Below, piece by piece: positions 22,540 to 35,776 of a DNA stretch of 41,408 nucleotides. Below the pieces are notes generated by a model that saw only the letters and a program-made list of their open reading frames with translations, was not told the DNA's origin and made no database searches. Position numbers and translations under genes: made by a program. Position 1 is the first letter of the stretch. Each line of letters starts with the position of its first letter. Origin of the DNA: Sminthopsis crassicaudata (taxonomy: Eukaryota); assembly GCF_048593235.1 (NCBI RefSeq), contig NC_133620.1:28142364-28183771 (forward strand), written 5' to 3'.

Positions 22540-23150
22540 GCTTTTGTGTTTATTTTAGGCTTTCTTTCCTCTTGATTATTGTGTAAACTTCTGTGATCTT
22601 GACAATGGCTCCTTGATCTTTTATTTGTTTCTGGTGGCTTGAGGTTGCTTTTACCTTTTTAACTTGGAAATTCTCAATTTTAACTATAGTATCTTCACTT
22701 TACCAGGTTCTGATACCTCTGGGAAGTTTCCTTTTGTGATTTCCTTGGAATATGATATCCAGGTTTTGATGTGGCAATTTTCAGGGAGTGCGATGATCAT
22801 TATTTCTTCCACTTCTTTTCCAGGTATTTCTATGATAATAGATAACTCATGTTTTCTAATTGTTGAGCATTTTAATTTTGTTCCAACATTTCTTGTTTTA
22901 TTAGTGAACTTCTATTTTCTACATTTTAGTTTTCAGGATATCTTTACGGTTTTCCACTTTCTCCTTCCCAATGTTCACATCATTTCTTCTCTATTTCTTC
23001 AGTCCAGTACTGATTCCTTGTAGCTCCTTTTCTGCAGGATTCTACCTGCTATTATTGTGGAGTGATCTTCTGGAATTTCACCTTGATTCCCTTAGCTGAC
23101 TTTATTTCTCCATTGTGAGTTTTCTTCTGTTTATTCATGTACGCAGCATT
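22540..23150 (-). mobile_element. Old L1 ORF1 fragment (GC-rich 23160-23460 may be its 5'UTR)
   Basis: gggaagtttccttttgtgatttccttggaatatgatatccagg..ttttcagggagt matches reverse L1 ORF1. Confidence 0.6.
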
Positions 23151-23908
23151 TAAGTGGGATGGCTAGACTGAGCTCTTCTCCCTTTCCGAGACACTGTGGC
23201 AGTGATCCTCGGTGTGGCCCCTTCGGTCTGGGTGCCTGTGCCCTGCCATAATGCTAGAAGGACTAGGTCCTGGTCTTGGCTCCCCCACTGCAGTCCCTAG
23301 CTTCAGACTCATCTGGCAGCCCCCATCATGGAAGTCACGCTTGCCAAGGCTTCTCTCTGGGCGCAGCCCCAGAATGAGAGATCTCAATGCCCTTGGCCTT
23401 CTTCCTCAGCAGCCCTAACGGACCAATCATATTGGATTGAGGCCTTGTTCTCTGGTACCATTCCCCCATCCCCAACCTGAATGTCAAAAAGCTTGGCACA
23501 CAGTGGCTGCATATAAATGCTTATTCCCTTCCTCTCTGGAAATGGTTGGATTCTGAAGGGACAATGGTCTCTTCTTTCTGTTAGGAAGCAAGCAATTGGT
23601 CATTTAAGCCCTTCAAATAAGCCAAATGCCCTGATTGAGCTTTCTCGATTCCTCATCTCCTATGTTTGTGATTCAGAGATTCTACCCAATCCTTATTTCT
23701 CATCACAGAAATGCTTGGAAGTCAACTCGTCTATAAGAAGTCTCCTAATTCAGTGCTGGATGAGTAGAGGTTCTCCCTGATGGCTCTTAGTTAGCCATGT
23801 CCACCTTGACTACAATCTTTCAGGTTGTCATTTTTGCTGGAGATGTCTCCCTTTAAATAATCAAAAATGACAACAGCTTCTTTAGACTCTGGCTGGTTCG
23901 ACCCCAGC

Positions 23909-24965
23909 TATGGGGATAAGAACTTACTACTTGACAAAAGCTGCTGGGAAAACTGGGAAACTAGTATGGCAGAAACTAGGCCCTGACCCATACCTAATAC
24001 CGTATGCCAAAATAAGGTGGGAATGGATTCATGCTCTAGACATAAAGAATGAGATTATAAATAAATTAGAAGAACATAGGATAGTTTACCTCTTAGACCT
24101 GTGGAGGAGGAAGGAATTTGTGACCAAAGAAGAACTAGAGATCATTATTGATCACAAAATAGAAGATTTTGATTATATTAAGTTAAAAAGTTATTGTACA
24201 AACAAAACTAATGCAGACAAGATTAGAAGGGAAGCAATAAACTAGGAAAACATTTTTACATTCAAAGGTTCTGATAAAGGCTTCTAAAATATACAGAGAA
24301 TTGATTCATATTTATAAGAATTCAAGCTATTTTCCAATTGATAAATGGTCAAAGAATATGAACAGACAATTTTCAGAAAAAGAAACTGAAACTATTTGTA
24401 GCCACATGAAAAGGTGTTCCAAATCATTATTGAATATTATTGTTCTGTAAGAAATGATCAGGAGGAGGATTTCAGAAAGGCCTGGAGAGACTTACATGGT
24501 GCTGAGTAAGTGAGCAGAACCAGGAGAACATTGTACACAACAACAAGACTATATGAAGATCAATTCTGATGGACGTGGCTCTCTTCCACAATGAGATGAT
24601 TCAAATCAGTTCCAATTGTTCAGTCATGAAGAAAATCAGCTACACCCAGAAAGAGGACCATGGGAAACGAGTGTGGTTCACAACATAGCATTCTCACTCT
24701 CTGTTGTTTGCTTGCATTTTGTTCTTTCCCAGTTTTTCCTTTCTTGAACCGATTTTTTTTTTTTTTGTGCAGCAAGGTAAATATGCATACCTTTATTGGA
24801 TTCAACATATACTTTAACACATTTAACATGTTATTGGACTACCTGCCATCTAAGAGAGAGGGTGGGAAAAAGGAGGGGATAGTTTGGAACAGAAGGCTTT
24901 GCAAGGGTCAATGTTGAAAAATTACCCATGCATGTTTTGTAAATAAAAGGCTTTAATAAAAATTT
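23909..24965 (+). mobile_element. L1 ORF2 C-terminal fragment with internal deletion plus 3'UTR
   Basis: ORF 23910-24245: WQKLGPDPYLIPYAKI..LDIK..LWRRKEFVTK..FDYIKLKSYCT; ends AATAAA and A-rich tail. Confidence 0.9.
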
Positions 24966-26409
24966 AAAAATAAGCAAACATTTACATTAGGAATGGGGGA
25001 AAAAAGAATTTGGTTGGTTGGTGTTGTAGCACTCGAGGTCCTGCCCACTTCCAGTACAGGTTACTGTCAGGCTGCTCCAGTCATGAGGCACTCAGTATTT
25101 GCTGTGTACGGAGTCTCCCCTTTATGGTGTAGGCTCCTTACAAACAAGGACTGCTTCTTCCTTCACGTTTGTGTGTCCAGGCCGACTCTCCCTTTTCCAA
25201 TCTTCCTTCTGTCAAGGGCACCTTCAGCCTTCCAGGTTCGCACTTTTGTCACCATCCTTGACTACTCAGCTCTGTTCAAAGTTTATTTCTAATTGCTGGA
25301 TCCTTTTCTAAGGCAGCTGAATTGCTGCCCTTTTTTTAGCCCTCACCTTTCTCAACTATTCTTCAGCCTCTGACCCTGTCCATCACCCACTCAGTCCTGG
25401 GTGTTGAAAACTATCTTTGTGTGTCACCAATAAACTGTCACACTTTTTCACCTCCTGTGTTTGTATTTCAAAGATTCTACTCAATCTACATTAAAAAAAA
25501 AAATTTTTTTTAAAGTTGTGATCCATTTTTAAAAAAATCTTCCCAAAATTTCCAGTGCATTTGGAACTCATTTGTGAAAAATATAAAAAAAAATATAATG
25601 CCATCCAATTACTTTGTAAGAACACCTCATTGACACCACAGAAGTTGGAAACTTACTGGCCAATTTTCAACAAAACCTTTTATGTAATTAGTAGAAAATG
25701 AGATTGAAAAGTGCGTTTCATGATTTAGTAAGCACAGCCTTATTTTTTCTATCTGGGGCTGACAGCCATGAAGAGCAGAGAGACTGACCTACAATGAACT
25801 TAGAAGCACACCTTTGAATTGCTGCCTCAAAAAGCATCAAATTGAGATTTTAAAAAAACACTGAAGTCTACTTGTCATCATTCTTAATAAAAATTGCGGT
25901 GCTAATAGTATTTCGGTGAGAACAAAAAAACATATTTTCTCCAGAGGCCATGTGTTCAAAATGTTTCTCTTTTGGGATGTGTAAACAAGTCTGGACACCA
26001 TTGAGAGGGGACTGGCTGGGCCTGTTTAGTTTGGTCCCGGAGGGAAGAAACTTCCCCAACGCTCTGAAACGAAGTTTCATGTTCTCAGAGATGCCCAAGT
26101 GCACAGCTTTCTGTCTCAGAAGTTGGTGAGAGTCTCAGTTGGAGGGGGAGGGGGGGCAGGGCGCTGGAGCTTAAAATCCCTTGTCCTTATTGGAGGGGCT
26201 GCTGAGACAGGGATCCAAGCTAGTCTGGGAGGAAGGGAGAAGCTAGAACCGCCCCCTACCCATACCAGGGTTAGACTTCCCTGGCTGAAGGGAAATCTCC
26301 CCTGTCCCCAGATTCTCTGTAGACTCCTGCACCCCACAGTTTGCCCAAGGGTAGATTCTCAATACCCCCAAGCCTGAAGTAGATGAAGTAAACATACAAC
26401 CCAGCCAAT

Positions 26410-26500
26410 CCATATGCTTTTATTAAGTACCTACTGTATGCCAGGCATTGTGATGGACTTTAAGGAAACAAAGGCTGAAACAGCCGCTCTGCCCAGAAGG
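26410..26500 (-). terminator. L2 3' end supplying the first AATAAA (26419-26424) downstream of the NSUN4 stop
   Basis: Minus strand cacaatgcctggcatacagtaggtacttAATAAAagc, ~390 nt after the stop. Use as a polyA site is unverified; another AATAAA lies at 25282-25287. Confidence 0.45.
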
Positions 26501-26813
26501 GGCCTCCGTCCCACTAACATTGTTATAAGTCTGGAGGGATAAGGAGCCATGTGCCCTGGACTATGCCAGAGCCTCCCCCAACTGCTCCTTGTGCCCACTG
26601 GAAGGCCAGCCTCTCCTCTGCTCTCTCAGGAGACACCAAGTAAATCAGGCCCTGAGCCACAAAGGGAAGAATGGAGGGGGTGCCATCCCACTTTCCATCA
26701 TTCCCCCACCTGCTTGGACAAAGCACCCCCATCCTCCCCAAGTCCTCCTGGGCTCTCTGTGCTGGAAATCCACAGGAGTTCTGCAGGGGAAGGAGGCTCA
26801 GGCAGCTGAGCTG

Positions 26814-27149
<336 letters not shown>

Positions 27150-27364
27150 CTAACCAATGATGCACTCCTGCTTGTCCTCCCCCCGGAAGTTCTCCTGGAT
27201 TGATTCTGAGTCAGAAGACAGCTGACTGAGAGCTGTGGCACCCCGTACCTCCCAGGGCTGGGGAGTCTGTCCAGGCTCCAGAGCATCCTCGAGTGGCTCC
27301 CCCCAGACCCTCCCACATGGTCTCGCACCAGCTCCCAGCATGCCTCATTGCCCCTCCCCACTTA

Positions 27365-27637
<273 letters not shown>

Positions 27638-27677
27638 TCATAGCATGTAAATGATCACACTCACACACTCAGACTCA

Positions 27678-27678
<1 letters not shown>

Positions 27679-27722
<44 letters not shown>
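27679..27722. repeat. (AC)22 microsatellite in NSUN4 intron 4 (UG tract in the pre-mRNA)
   Basis: Seen directly. Confidence 0.98.
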
Positions 27723-28073
<351 letters not shown>

Positions 28074-29018
28074 TCACACACAGAGAGCCGCGCCCAAGCC
28101 AAGGAAGCTCTGGCTTCCACCTGCTGACCAAAAGGCACAGATTGGCCCAGGAAGGAGGCCATTCACAGCCTGGCCCAGCCCCTCACAAGTCATGTGATAT
28201 GGAGTTCTCATGTTCTACAGGGTCAGCACAGCCTGGGAAGGAAAGGGGCTCTCAGAGAGCAGCACAAACGGGCATCCAACCTGGTCACAAAGCCACAGAC
28301 TCCCCAGGGTCTCCAGAGCCTCAGCAAGGGCACCCCTAACTGCAGTCTCCTCTACACGCTTTCTAAAAAGTGGCTGCTCGGGGTCTGCAGGAAGACCTGC
28401 ATGAGAGGGTCGCCACCAGCTCCTGAGGAGGCCTGTCCACTCTGGGAAGGCTCCCCTAGGTAGAGAGAAATGCCTCCTGACATCCAGCCTACACAGGTCT
28501 CTTGGGCCCTCTCCCCCGCCCTGCCCAGTTCTGCCCTCTGGGGCCTTCTTTCACATGAACCCAAAGTTCCCTCAAATACTCTTCATGGGGCTCAGACTCG
28601 GGGGCCCTTCCCCCAGCTGTCCAGGACTCCCCCAACCCTCGTCCCCAGGCCAGGGCTCTCCCAGCACCCACACATGTGATCTCTGTGGCCCTAAGCCTCT
28701 CAGCCCACAGGAGGAAATTGAGTTCTGTGTGCCAGCTACAAAAGCTGGGGCAGGACTCTCTCTGAAACCCGAGGCAGCTCTAAAGCTGCAGCCCCATCTC
28801 CCCCAGTGTCCTTCTGAGCCTTATCTCTTCCCCCAGGGAAGAACCATTTCCTATGTGCTTCCCGCCGAGCTGAAGGCTGGGGACCTCCCCAATCTCGTCT
28901 GGTCCTCCCCACAGGGAGGGGGAATCAGGAGCATCACTTCTGAGGCAGGGAGGGAAGTCCCCCTCTCGCTTCCCCGATGCTCCTGAGACAGGCGGGCTAC
29001 AGACGGTCTGCACTCTCA

Positions 29019-29366
<348 letters not shown>

Positions 29367-30775
29367 TCATTTGATTCTTGTGGCTGAAGTCCTGTGGGCC
29401 AGGGCAGTAGCCACACTTGGCTTCTGGGGTGGGACACTTAAGGAAAACGGGGCATAGCTACCCTAGAACCCAACCTCCCTGTTCTGGGGAACAGAAAGCC
29501 AATGTTCTCTCACCATAGTGGACTAATAAGAAACATGACTGAGGACACGTCTGCATGCTGCTCTCCGGAGCAGGGACCACACACCTGGGCCCCAGGACAC
29601 TGCCAAGAAGCTCAGGGGATCTGAGGGCGAGCCACGAATGTCTCAGACTCAAACTGCCTTGGACTGACACAGAGATAAGGGCTAGAGTGGGCTGCAAAGC
29701 TTGAAAGGCTACAGAAGAGGGCGATCCTTAGCTACAGCTTTCTACAGGAGAATCGAAGGGCACAACTTCAATGGGTGAATGACCAGATGCATTTCCACTC
29801 TGGAAGACTTCCTCCTACATCCTCCCACAGAATCTGGGGAGGAAACACGCAAAGAGCAGCCCCAGTTCTTCCTTCCCTGGGGGACACCTAGGGAACTTTC
29901 AGAGCCCGGCCTCTCCCTGTCCTTAAATGATAGTCCAACTTCCCTACCCAGTCCTCCCTCAGGCACTCCCCTCCCCCAAACTTTGTCACATGTAACTCTG
30001 AGTCTTCAGACTCCACAATCAAAATCTGTGTGCTAGGGTTACCGAGGTGAGGCTTCCTCGGTGGGCCTGACCCAGGATCCACAAAGCACCAGCAGCCTCC
30101 CGTCTGGGGATCTCTCCTGGCCTCCTGTTCAATTCTGGGCCTGCAGCCTTCAGTAGAATCTGCCCGGATCATGGGCCACCACCTGCCTGCCCGGACATGA
30201 GCAGAGGCCCAAGCCAGCCTGGAGAAAGCTTTAGGCCTGGTTTTTCTGCACGGTTTTCTCTGAGGAGGCAGGCTCTGACGTCATTTCACACCCCCACAAG
30301 TGGAGATCTCACCTCCCCGGGCACTGAGCTGGGTCTTTTCCATCCCATTAGCAAACAACCTTCTCCCTGCTCTGAGCCTGGCGTGACATCAGTGGGAAGA
30401 CTGCTCGCTCAACTGTTAAATGTGTCCAAGGACTCAGGGCAGCGTCGTGTTCCAGGGGCCCCGGGGCTTTTCCCTCTCCCACAGCCTCCCCCATTCTGCG
30501 CTGTGGACATGGAAGGAAGGCCCAGTCTGCCGACTGAAGAGTGGTGTTTCAGCACCTTCCGGGTGAACGGCACCTGAGCCACAGAGACAGAAGCCCTTTC
30601 CTGCTTTCCAGAAGCTCACGGTCCCGTGGGGAGATGCCCTCTGGAGGCTCAGCCTCCAAGCAGGTGGTCTGGCCTCTTCTTTCAGGTCATTCCTACTGTT
30701 CCATTTTGGGTCTTCAGTAGCTGTGGCTGCAGCCGCTGTAGCCATGGTGCCCGGGCTGCTACAGCAGATGTGGTG

Positions 30776-31847
30776 TGTTAGGTTCTTACTAAGTGCTAAG
30801 TCGGTATTTGACAATTTTCTACTTCTGATACTAAAGAGCGGAAAGAGACATATATGTGCCAAAATGTTTGTGGCAGCTCTTTTTGTTGTAGCTAGAAACT
30901 GGAAGATGAATGGATGTCCTTCAGTTGGAGAATGGTTGGGTAAATTATGGTATATGAAGGTTATGGAATATTATTGCTCGGTAAGAAATGACCAGCAGGA
31001 GGAATATAGAGAGGCCTGGAGAGACTTAAATCAACTGATGCTGAGTGAAATGAGCAGAACCAGAAGATCACTGTACACTTCAACAACAATACGGTATGAG
31101 GATGTATTCTGATGGAAGTGGAAATCTTCAACATAAAGAAGATCCAACTCACTTCCAGTTGATCAATGATGGACAGGGGTAGCTGCACCCAGAGAAGAAA
31201 CACTGGGAGGGGAATGAAAATTGTTAGCACTAATATCTGTCTGCCCAGGTTGCATGTACTTCGGATCTAATGTTTATTGTGCAACAAGAAAGTGATATTC
31301 GCACACATGTATTGTACCTAGACTATATTGTAACACATGTAAAATGTATGGTATTGCCTGTCGTCGAGGGGAGGGAATAGAGGGAGGGGGGGTAAATTGG
31401 AAAAATGAATACAAGGGATAATATTATAAAATATATATATATATATATATAATAATAAAAAAAAAAAAAAAAAAAAAAATTTTCTACTTCTGGCCTTTCC
31501 TGGGAGTTTGACTTGTGAATTCCTGGGGAGGAGCTTGAGTGCTTGGGAGGAGCAAGCTCATTGGTTGAAGTGGTTCTTCCCAGAAGCCCTTGCATTATCC
31601 CACGCCCATTCTCTGGGAGGATAAAAGAGGGCAGCTCTGGAGGAAAAAAGTCAGTCTCTGCTCTAGACCAGGCTTGAGGCGGCTCTCTGCAGGAAGGGAA
31701 GTCACTTCTCTGGACCAGAGTTAACAGCAACTGCCTGGAGACAGCGGTTCTCTACAGGAAGAAGAGTCTGGCCAGGAGATTGAGTTGCCCCAGCAGATCT
31801 CCTCCCAGAGAGCGATCGGCAGCTTCTGGAGACGACAGCACGCTACA
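30776..31847 (+). mobile_element. ERV solo LTR with 6-bp TSD GTGGTG in NSUN4 intron 2, split by an L1
   Basis: TGTTAGG..CACGCTACA; GTGGTG at 30770-30775 and 31848-31853; same family as 150-512. Confidence 0.93.
30828..31477 (+). mobile_element. Young 5'-truncated L1 (650 bp) with 15-bp TSD
   Basis: AATTTTCTACTTCTG at 30813-30827 and 31478-31492; open ORF2 end KMFVAALFVVARNW..TTIRYEDVF*; (TA)n and polyA tail. Confidence 0.95.
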
Positions 31848-32806
31848 GTGGTGGACTTGCCAGGCCCTCTGCTGCTTCAGTCAGGCTGCCCGGTGTGGGG
31901 ATGGCTGCTTCCCCAGGACTGTGGGCTCCTGTTCCCGCCTGACTGCTGGTGGCAGCTGGTCAGGAGTCGTTGTTGGCGGCTCCCTTCTCTGCAGCGATTT
32001 CCCCCCTCCAGAGGGGCTGGAAACAGCTCTGGCAGTCTGGAGCGCTGCTATTCCCAAGGCTCCTGTGTCAGCGTCCTGCTTGTGGCCATCAGTCCGGGGG
32101 AACGGCCTGGCCCATCTCCCGTGTCTCCCCCAGGGCCCCGTGACATCGGCGGCCGATCCCGGGCCTGTCCCCATCCCACCTGCAGGTCAGGCTTTCAAGG
32201 CTGAGAGGATGGTGCCAGGAGAACGGCGGCTCAGCCATAAGGGGCCGCCCTTGGAATCCCCCGAGCATCATTGGGTGTGGAGCCTCTTGGGGAGTGGACC
32301 CTCAGGCCCAGACTCACCCCGAGCAGGACCAGTGGCTGGGCTGCAGGAGCCTTGAGCTGAGCATGGGGAGGAGGCTGGCCTCCCAAAGCAGCTCAGGCAG
32401 GATGAGACAAGGGCTACTGGGCCCCGGGGCCCCGAGTCCGGCCCCCAGCTCTGCCGCCCAGTACCGGCGGGGCCTCAGCAAGGGAGGGGGAGGCTGGGAG
32501 TGCTGTGCTCTCACTCCATGTCCTCCCTACTTTCTTCAGCAGTAGCCGGACCACCCCCTCCTCCTCGGCATTCCCCCTTCCAGAAACCCCAGGATTTCAC
32601 CTGTCAGCTCCCGCCAGGCCCCTCCGAGCCCCGGGGCTGCTCCCCAGCCAGCACCTGCCTGGCCCCACTCTCCTGTGACAGCCCCAGGCACCCTCCTTCT
32701 CTTGACCTGTTTCTTGAACTGAAAAGTAGAGTCCAGGAGACACCCCCCCCCCCGGGTTGCTAGGAGGTCCCAGCCCTAAAGCTCTCACCTGCCCTCCAGG
32801 GTCCTA

Positions 32807-33205
<399 letters not shown>

Positions 33206-33699
33206 TCAGGCCTGCCCCGAGTCCCGGCCAGACTCACTGTGCCCGTCACACGTCGCTCCGACGCCTTTCGGGCTAAATTCACATTCGTTCAATGAGCGTT
33301 TTTGTCGGCTCAACCGAGCTTAGACACCTAGAAAAGGCCCACTTTGTGACCCCGAAGAAAAGCCCTTCGTGGTCCGGGCCTCCAACACAGGAAGACCGTG
33401 AGAAGGCGCTGACCCCGAAGCTCGGGTCCCCCGTCCTGCTGGGCAGTGGGCTCAGCCCCCACCGGACCTGAACTCCCACGTCCTGGGCCCCCAAATGTAA
33501 ACTCTTGGACAACGGGCGCTATTGGTGTCCTCCTGTCTCTGGCACTTAGCACAGTGCCCGGCACACAGTAAGTGCTTAATAGATGCTTAAAGACACTCGT
33601 CCTTGTCCTCAAGAAGCCCCCTCCTCTCCATTTCATTCCGTATGGCGCCTGGGCCACACAAGGGAAGCAAGACGGGGCAGCCCAGGCCTCGGTCTAAGC

Positions 33700-34950
33700 T
33701 TCTGTCTAAGGGAGTCTCCGGCCGTGGGATCCGCCGGTCAGGGCCAGAGGACTAGGAGAATGAGCACGTTTCCTCCCTTGGCTTTGGGGAGGACAGAGCA
33801 GGCCCCGGGCTCCTGTTCTAACAAACATCGGCCTGCCCGGCCACCAAACCGGCCCGAGGCGCCCGCTCCGGTTCTTCCTAGAGTTACTCCCCGCTCGGGC
33901 TCTGCCGGTCCTTGGGCCGCGCCGCCCAAAGCCTTCGCCCTTAACCTGGAGACACAGGGGGACTCCGGATTCTCCCACCGCGGCCGCGACACCGACCGGG
34001 CCCCCGCGGGGTTCGGGGGCGACGAGGGGCCGCTCCAGGCCGCGGCGCAGCCAGGGAGAAGGTCGCCTTCAGGGGCCCGCCCATCGCTCGCTCCTCCCCC
34101 CTCTACTCCGGGGTGACTCGATGGGGACGAGCAGCCGGCCCCCGGCCTCGCAGGGCCACGCGAGCCCGTACCCCCGCACACCGTCCCTAGAAGGCGCGAA
34201 TTATCTGCGCGCTCACCCCAGAAAGGGGGACAAAGCGCGTTTGAACTTCGCGCCAAGTCCGGGCGCATGCGCACGCCACCCCAATCACGGCAAAGCACAA
34301 GCGCACTTCCTGTCCGGGCGCGGAGGTCCCTCCTGCAGTCTCCCCACCGCCCCCGACCCCCGGGCAGGGGACGCTTCCGGCGGGGCGCGTCACTCACCCA
34401 TTTTTTCTTGTGCCGCAGCCTCCGTGGAATCAGCCCAGGCGCGGGCCGCCTCAGCAACCGGCGCGCCTCTGCCAGAAGGCGCCAGGACGCCTCCATCATG
34501 CTGGCTACGCATGCGCACGTCTGTGCGTCCGTCGACGTCCACTTCCGGCCTAGCTGGAGTTCGGACCGGGAGCAAGCAGCTTCATTAAGATGGCGCCCAC
34601 CACGCCGGAAGTCAGGGCGCAACTGGGACGGGACGCGTCACGTGACGCTCAGCGATGGGAGGGACGAATCTTGGGCAATGACGTCAGGAGTGCAGACAAA
34701 GGCGCGGCCGAAGAGAGGTTTCTTTGTCCTCCGGGTTCCCACCCGAGATTTGGCGCTTATCGGGTCTTCTCCGGCCCCGCAGCCGTCCTCCCGTACGGCA
34801 TTTCCGCAAACCGAGGCTCCGGGAGGGGCGGTGCCCGAAACTCCCAGAGGACCGTGACCCGGAGCCCTTAAATCGCTGTAGTCGGGCTTCACAGGACTCA
34901 GCCTTCGGCTGCTTTCCACGTTTCCACGAGCGCGGCACGTGGGAGAATAA
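33700..34950. promoter_or_regulatory. CpG island and NSUN4 promoter (NRF1, ETS/GABP, YY1, CLEAR/E-box, CRE motifs)
   Basis: CGCATGCGCA 34508-34517 plus a second copy in intron 1 (~34263); CACTTCCGG ~34540 and CCGGAAGT ~34604; AAGATGGCG ~34568; GTCACGTGAC 34637-34646; TGACGTCA 34679-34686. Confidence 0.85.
34398..34499 (-). CDS. NSUN4: NSUN4 exon 1 (Arg-rich presequence; mitochondrial m5C RNA methyltransferase, 395 aa total)
   Basis: MMEASWRLLAEARRLLRRPAPGLIPRRLRHKKKW|gtgagt. Six exons sum to 1188 nt in one open frame. Start could be the second ATG (34496). Confidence 0.95.
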
Positions 34951-35387
34951 CTTATTTCCTTCCATTCCCGCCTTCCCCCTCCCCCGCCCCCATGCTCCTG
35001 AGGGTTCAAAGATGGGTTAACTAGGGAAGAATGAGTGCCTCTCACACACCCCATACTGGGGCAACACTAGCCTGGGGCAGCAGCCCAAGCGTTTCCAGGA
35101 GCCCCATTTTACAGATGAGAAGACTAAGGCAGAGAGCCCTAATCACTGGGCAACACAGCGGCCTTGCATGTGGCTGGGCAAAGGGAAGATTGACGGAGCA
35201 TGCTGAGCAGACAGTCAAGGAATGAGTGGGAGAGGCTCCCGGAGGGGGAAGGCCAAGAGGTGTTCCAGATCCTTCCCTGGATCCAGACCCCGGATCCCAC
35301 CATAAGCTCCTGGACCTCCCTAAGGAGGCAGCCAGTGCCTGGGGTCCCAGCAGAAATGACAAGAGACACGTGCACAGATGACTTGGC

Positions 35388-35393
35388 TTTATT
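35388..35393 (-). terminator. Likely UQCRH polyadenylation signal AATAAA
   Basis: ~140 nt after the stop; a second AATAAA overlaps the stop codon (35533-35538). Confidence 0.7.
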
Positions 35394-35533
35394 ACAAGGG
35401 AGCTGCTCCAGGTCCCCCGGACTCCAGGCCCAAGCCTGCGGTCTCAAGGCCTCATGCAGAGAGGACAGGGGGCCCAGGACTGGAGATTCAGGGTGAGGTG
35501 AGCAGAAACAAGGCAGGGGGCTTCCGGTCAGGT

Positions 35534-35566
35534 TTATTTCACACTTTCAAAGAGCATGTGAGCCAC
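35534..35566 (-). CDS. UQCRH: UQCRH exon 4 (VAHMLFESVK*)
   Basis: ttgcttcctttag|GTG GCT CAC..AAA TAA; 33 nt; matches recalled human VAHKLFNNLK*. Confidence 0.95.
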   Translation of the reverse strand: MAHMLFESVK

Positions 35567-35776
35567 CTAAAGGAAGCAAAGAGGCAGTGAGCAAAGCTCC
35601 CTTGGGACTCCTGGCACCCAACACAGGTAGCCCTAAGTACTGCCCGGGGCCAGAGCCCCAGAGCTGGACATCAGGGACAAGCAGTTCCAGCCCTTGAGGA
35701 GCAGCTTAGAGCCACACACCTCACTAGGGGTGATATGGGTTCTCCCTCACCCCAGATGCTCCTGGAAGCCTTAGTC

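Noticed and set aside
1-26400. FAAH exons expected downstream of NSUN4 by synteny
   Set aside because: No amidase-signature or FAAH exon 1-like peptide recognised. The gene probably lies beyond the left edge, so its absence is not informative.
33738-34622. 294-aa ORF and other long ORFs over CpG islands (34267, 39698-40227, 40595-41260)
   Set aside because: Read-through of true exon 1 into the intron, or stop-poor GC-rich sequence; no recognisable protein outside the called exons.
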